The position numbers and the translations under genes are program-made. From Octopus sinensis (taxonomy: Eukaryota), in assembly GCF_006345805.1 (NCBI RefSeq), contig NC_043002.1:77004001-77068000 (forward strand): 64,000 nt of DNA, given 5' to 3'. Of the stretch, positions 61,920 through 64,000 are shown piece by piece. How positions within the stretch are numbered: the stretch's first letter is position 1; every line of letters begins with the position of its first letter. The notes beneath the pieces were generated by a model. The model made no database searches, was not told the DNA's origin, and saw only the letters and a program-made list of their open reading frames with translations.

Positions 61920-62432
61920 GTCAGTATTGCTTCATACAGTAATATTTATGCTGGAACTAACATATTGATGGCAATACAAGTACTCCAACAAAACTATTAT
62001 AAAAATTATTACCATAAATAGAATGGCTAGTTATTATGACTTTTTAATTAGGCATAAAAAAATGAATAAGGAGTGCCTAAGGTCATAATACATGTACTTG
62101 CACTAAGATATGAGCTCAAAAACCATTAACTAAAAGCCTGTTATCACAGTCACTCATCCATATTTCTTATTAATATCTTAAATGAATGCAAAGTATTTCA
62201 AATTTAGTTTAATATTTTGCCCAGAGACACAACTGCCAAAGAAAAAGAATGTTTTTCTTTCTACAGTTGCTTTTCTCACTTGTTTTCTTTGTTATTTTCT
62301 TTTCTCTCATTACCAACAAAATAAAGATATCTAACCATATTTAGCCATTTCATTTCCCTGGCAATACTCATATTCTTGGAAACTAAATCAAAACGATGTT
62401 CAACTCATCAGTATAAGAAAGTTATTGTTGAT

Positions 62433-62665
62433 TCATCATCATCATCATCATCGTTTAACGTCTGCTTTCCATGCTAGCATGGGTTGGACGATTTGACTGA
62501 GGACTGGCAAACCAGATGGCTGCACCAGGCTCCAATCTTGATCTGGCAGAGTTTCTACAGCTGGATGCTCTTCCTAATGCCAACCACTCAGAGAGTGTAG
62601 TGGGTGCTTTTACGTGCCACCAGCATGAGGGCCAGTCAGGCGGTACTGACAACAGTCATGGATTG
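62433..62665 (-). mobile_element. Family C retroposon, well preserved, (GAT)n tail
   Basis: (TCA)n-CGTTTAACGTCTGCTTTCCATGCTAGCATGGG ... CAGCTGGATGCTCTTCCTAATGCC. Confidence 0.85.
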
Positions 62666-64000
62666 TGCATTATATTTAACCCTTTAACATCTACACCAGC
62701 CACAAGTGTCCTTAATTACTTATTGCATATAACCATCATAGGGAAATCATATTAACGAGTTGTTACACAAGAGTTTATACTTTCAAGTATTCCAAAAAGT
62801 TATTATATAAAATCCTTCTATTTATAAATTTTTCTATGACTGATTTAAGAAATGCAACAATGGTTGTTGTTGTTGTAGTTGTTGTTATTGCAGCAGTTGT
62901 AAATTATTTTTGTGATAGGAAATGTTGTTTATTGAAAGTTACAGTTAATCCATGAATTCCAATATGTTACAGACATCTGCAAATTTCAACTAAGAACTGC
63001 AAGTAACTAATTTACAAAGTATGATATTACACTTGCTTTTACTAGATTAATATCCACAAAACTCTATGGATTAAATTAGAGCAAATTTGTTTTTGTTATC
63101 TATCTTTCTTACCACTATGGTGTATAGTTTTAGGTCATGATTTCACAACTGAAAACAGTTGGGATTGTTGCTTTGCATGCAGCATCAACACTTGTTTTCA
63201 CTGAGATGCAACTACTATCATCAACAGTGTACTAATAGTTGGAAAAGAGTTTACATTGTCATGGCAAAATCTTCTGGCTTATCAGCTCCTGTTAAACCAT
63301 CCAATCCATGCCAGCAAAGGAAACAGACATTAAATAATGATGATGACAATGATGATGACGATGACAATGTTGTGATGATTTTTGTGATGATGTGGCTCCT
63401 CTCAAATTTCCAAGTCTGAACCAAAGTTTCAAGCCAAGACTATTCGGCTTCTAATCCGCAAGAACTCTTCACATGCATTCTCACATCTTCAAAATAATCC
63501 AGAGAGAGAAATTTAAAGTTTTCATCAAATAGTAATCTTATAATTTACTTTTAACCACTCTCATATTGCAATTGTTACTATTGTATATTTTTTATCCATT
63601 TGCTGACATAAACCAAGTTTCCATTTTTGAAATTACTACTTCATTCATGCCTTTCCTCTATAACTTTCTGTATCATTTCCTGTACGCTGTGGTGGTAGTA
63701 ATGGTGATGGTGGTGACACCATGGCTAAATTTCATTGATGAGTGAGCATGTTGCTGCTAAGCAGTTATTTATATTTTCAACTCAATTTACAACCATTCAG
63801 AAGCCAAGGTGATTTAAATCCCAACTAGTTAAGATGTATGAATTAACGATAATCTGTTATCAATCTGTTGCTAATCCATAGTTTAGTGAGAGATTGTCTA
63901 CAGTGACTGATTTCATGAAGAAACTATATACTAGACACTGAGAGAATGTTTTGCTTTTTTTAATCCTTGTAATGGTTATAGGTGGTTGTAAACACATTGT

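Overview
AT-rich, microsatellite- and SINE-dense animal genomic DNA. The repeat families point to an octopus (cephalopod) genome; this is inferred from repeat recognition, not proven. No long protein-coding exon, rRNA, genuine tRNA gene or CRISPR array can be supported. Nearly all ORFs in the supplied track are read-throughs of microsatellites or SINEs. The window reads as intronic/intergenic sequence containing: many copies of at least four short retroposon families (informally A-D), two TTAA-flanked piggyBac-like MITE families (E, F), an unnamed dispersed repeat (G), one internally deleted mariner transposon and a 22-bp minisatellite. The unique sequence holds the best leads. On the + strand these are a candidate promoter/first exon near 4.4-5.15 kb, a candidate ATG exon or E-box enhancer at 50.4 kb, and two strongly flanked tiny exons (13 nt at 59574, 19 nt at 61901). 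On the - strand these are a 21-nt candidate microexon (1296-1316) and a fully paired 23-bp pre-miRNA-like hairpin (1058-1111). Repeat boundaries were read by eye and are approximate. No gene could be named.
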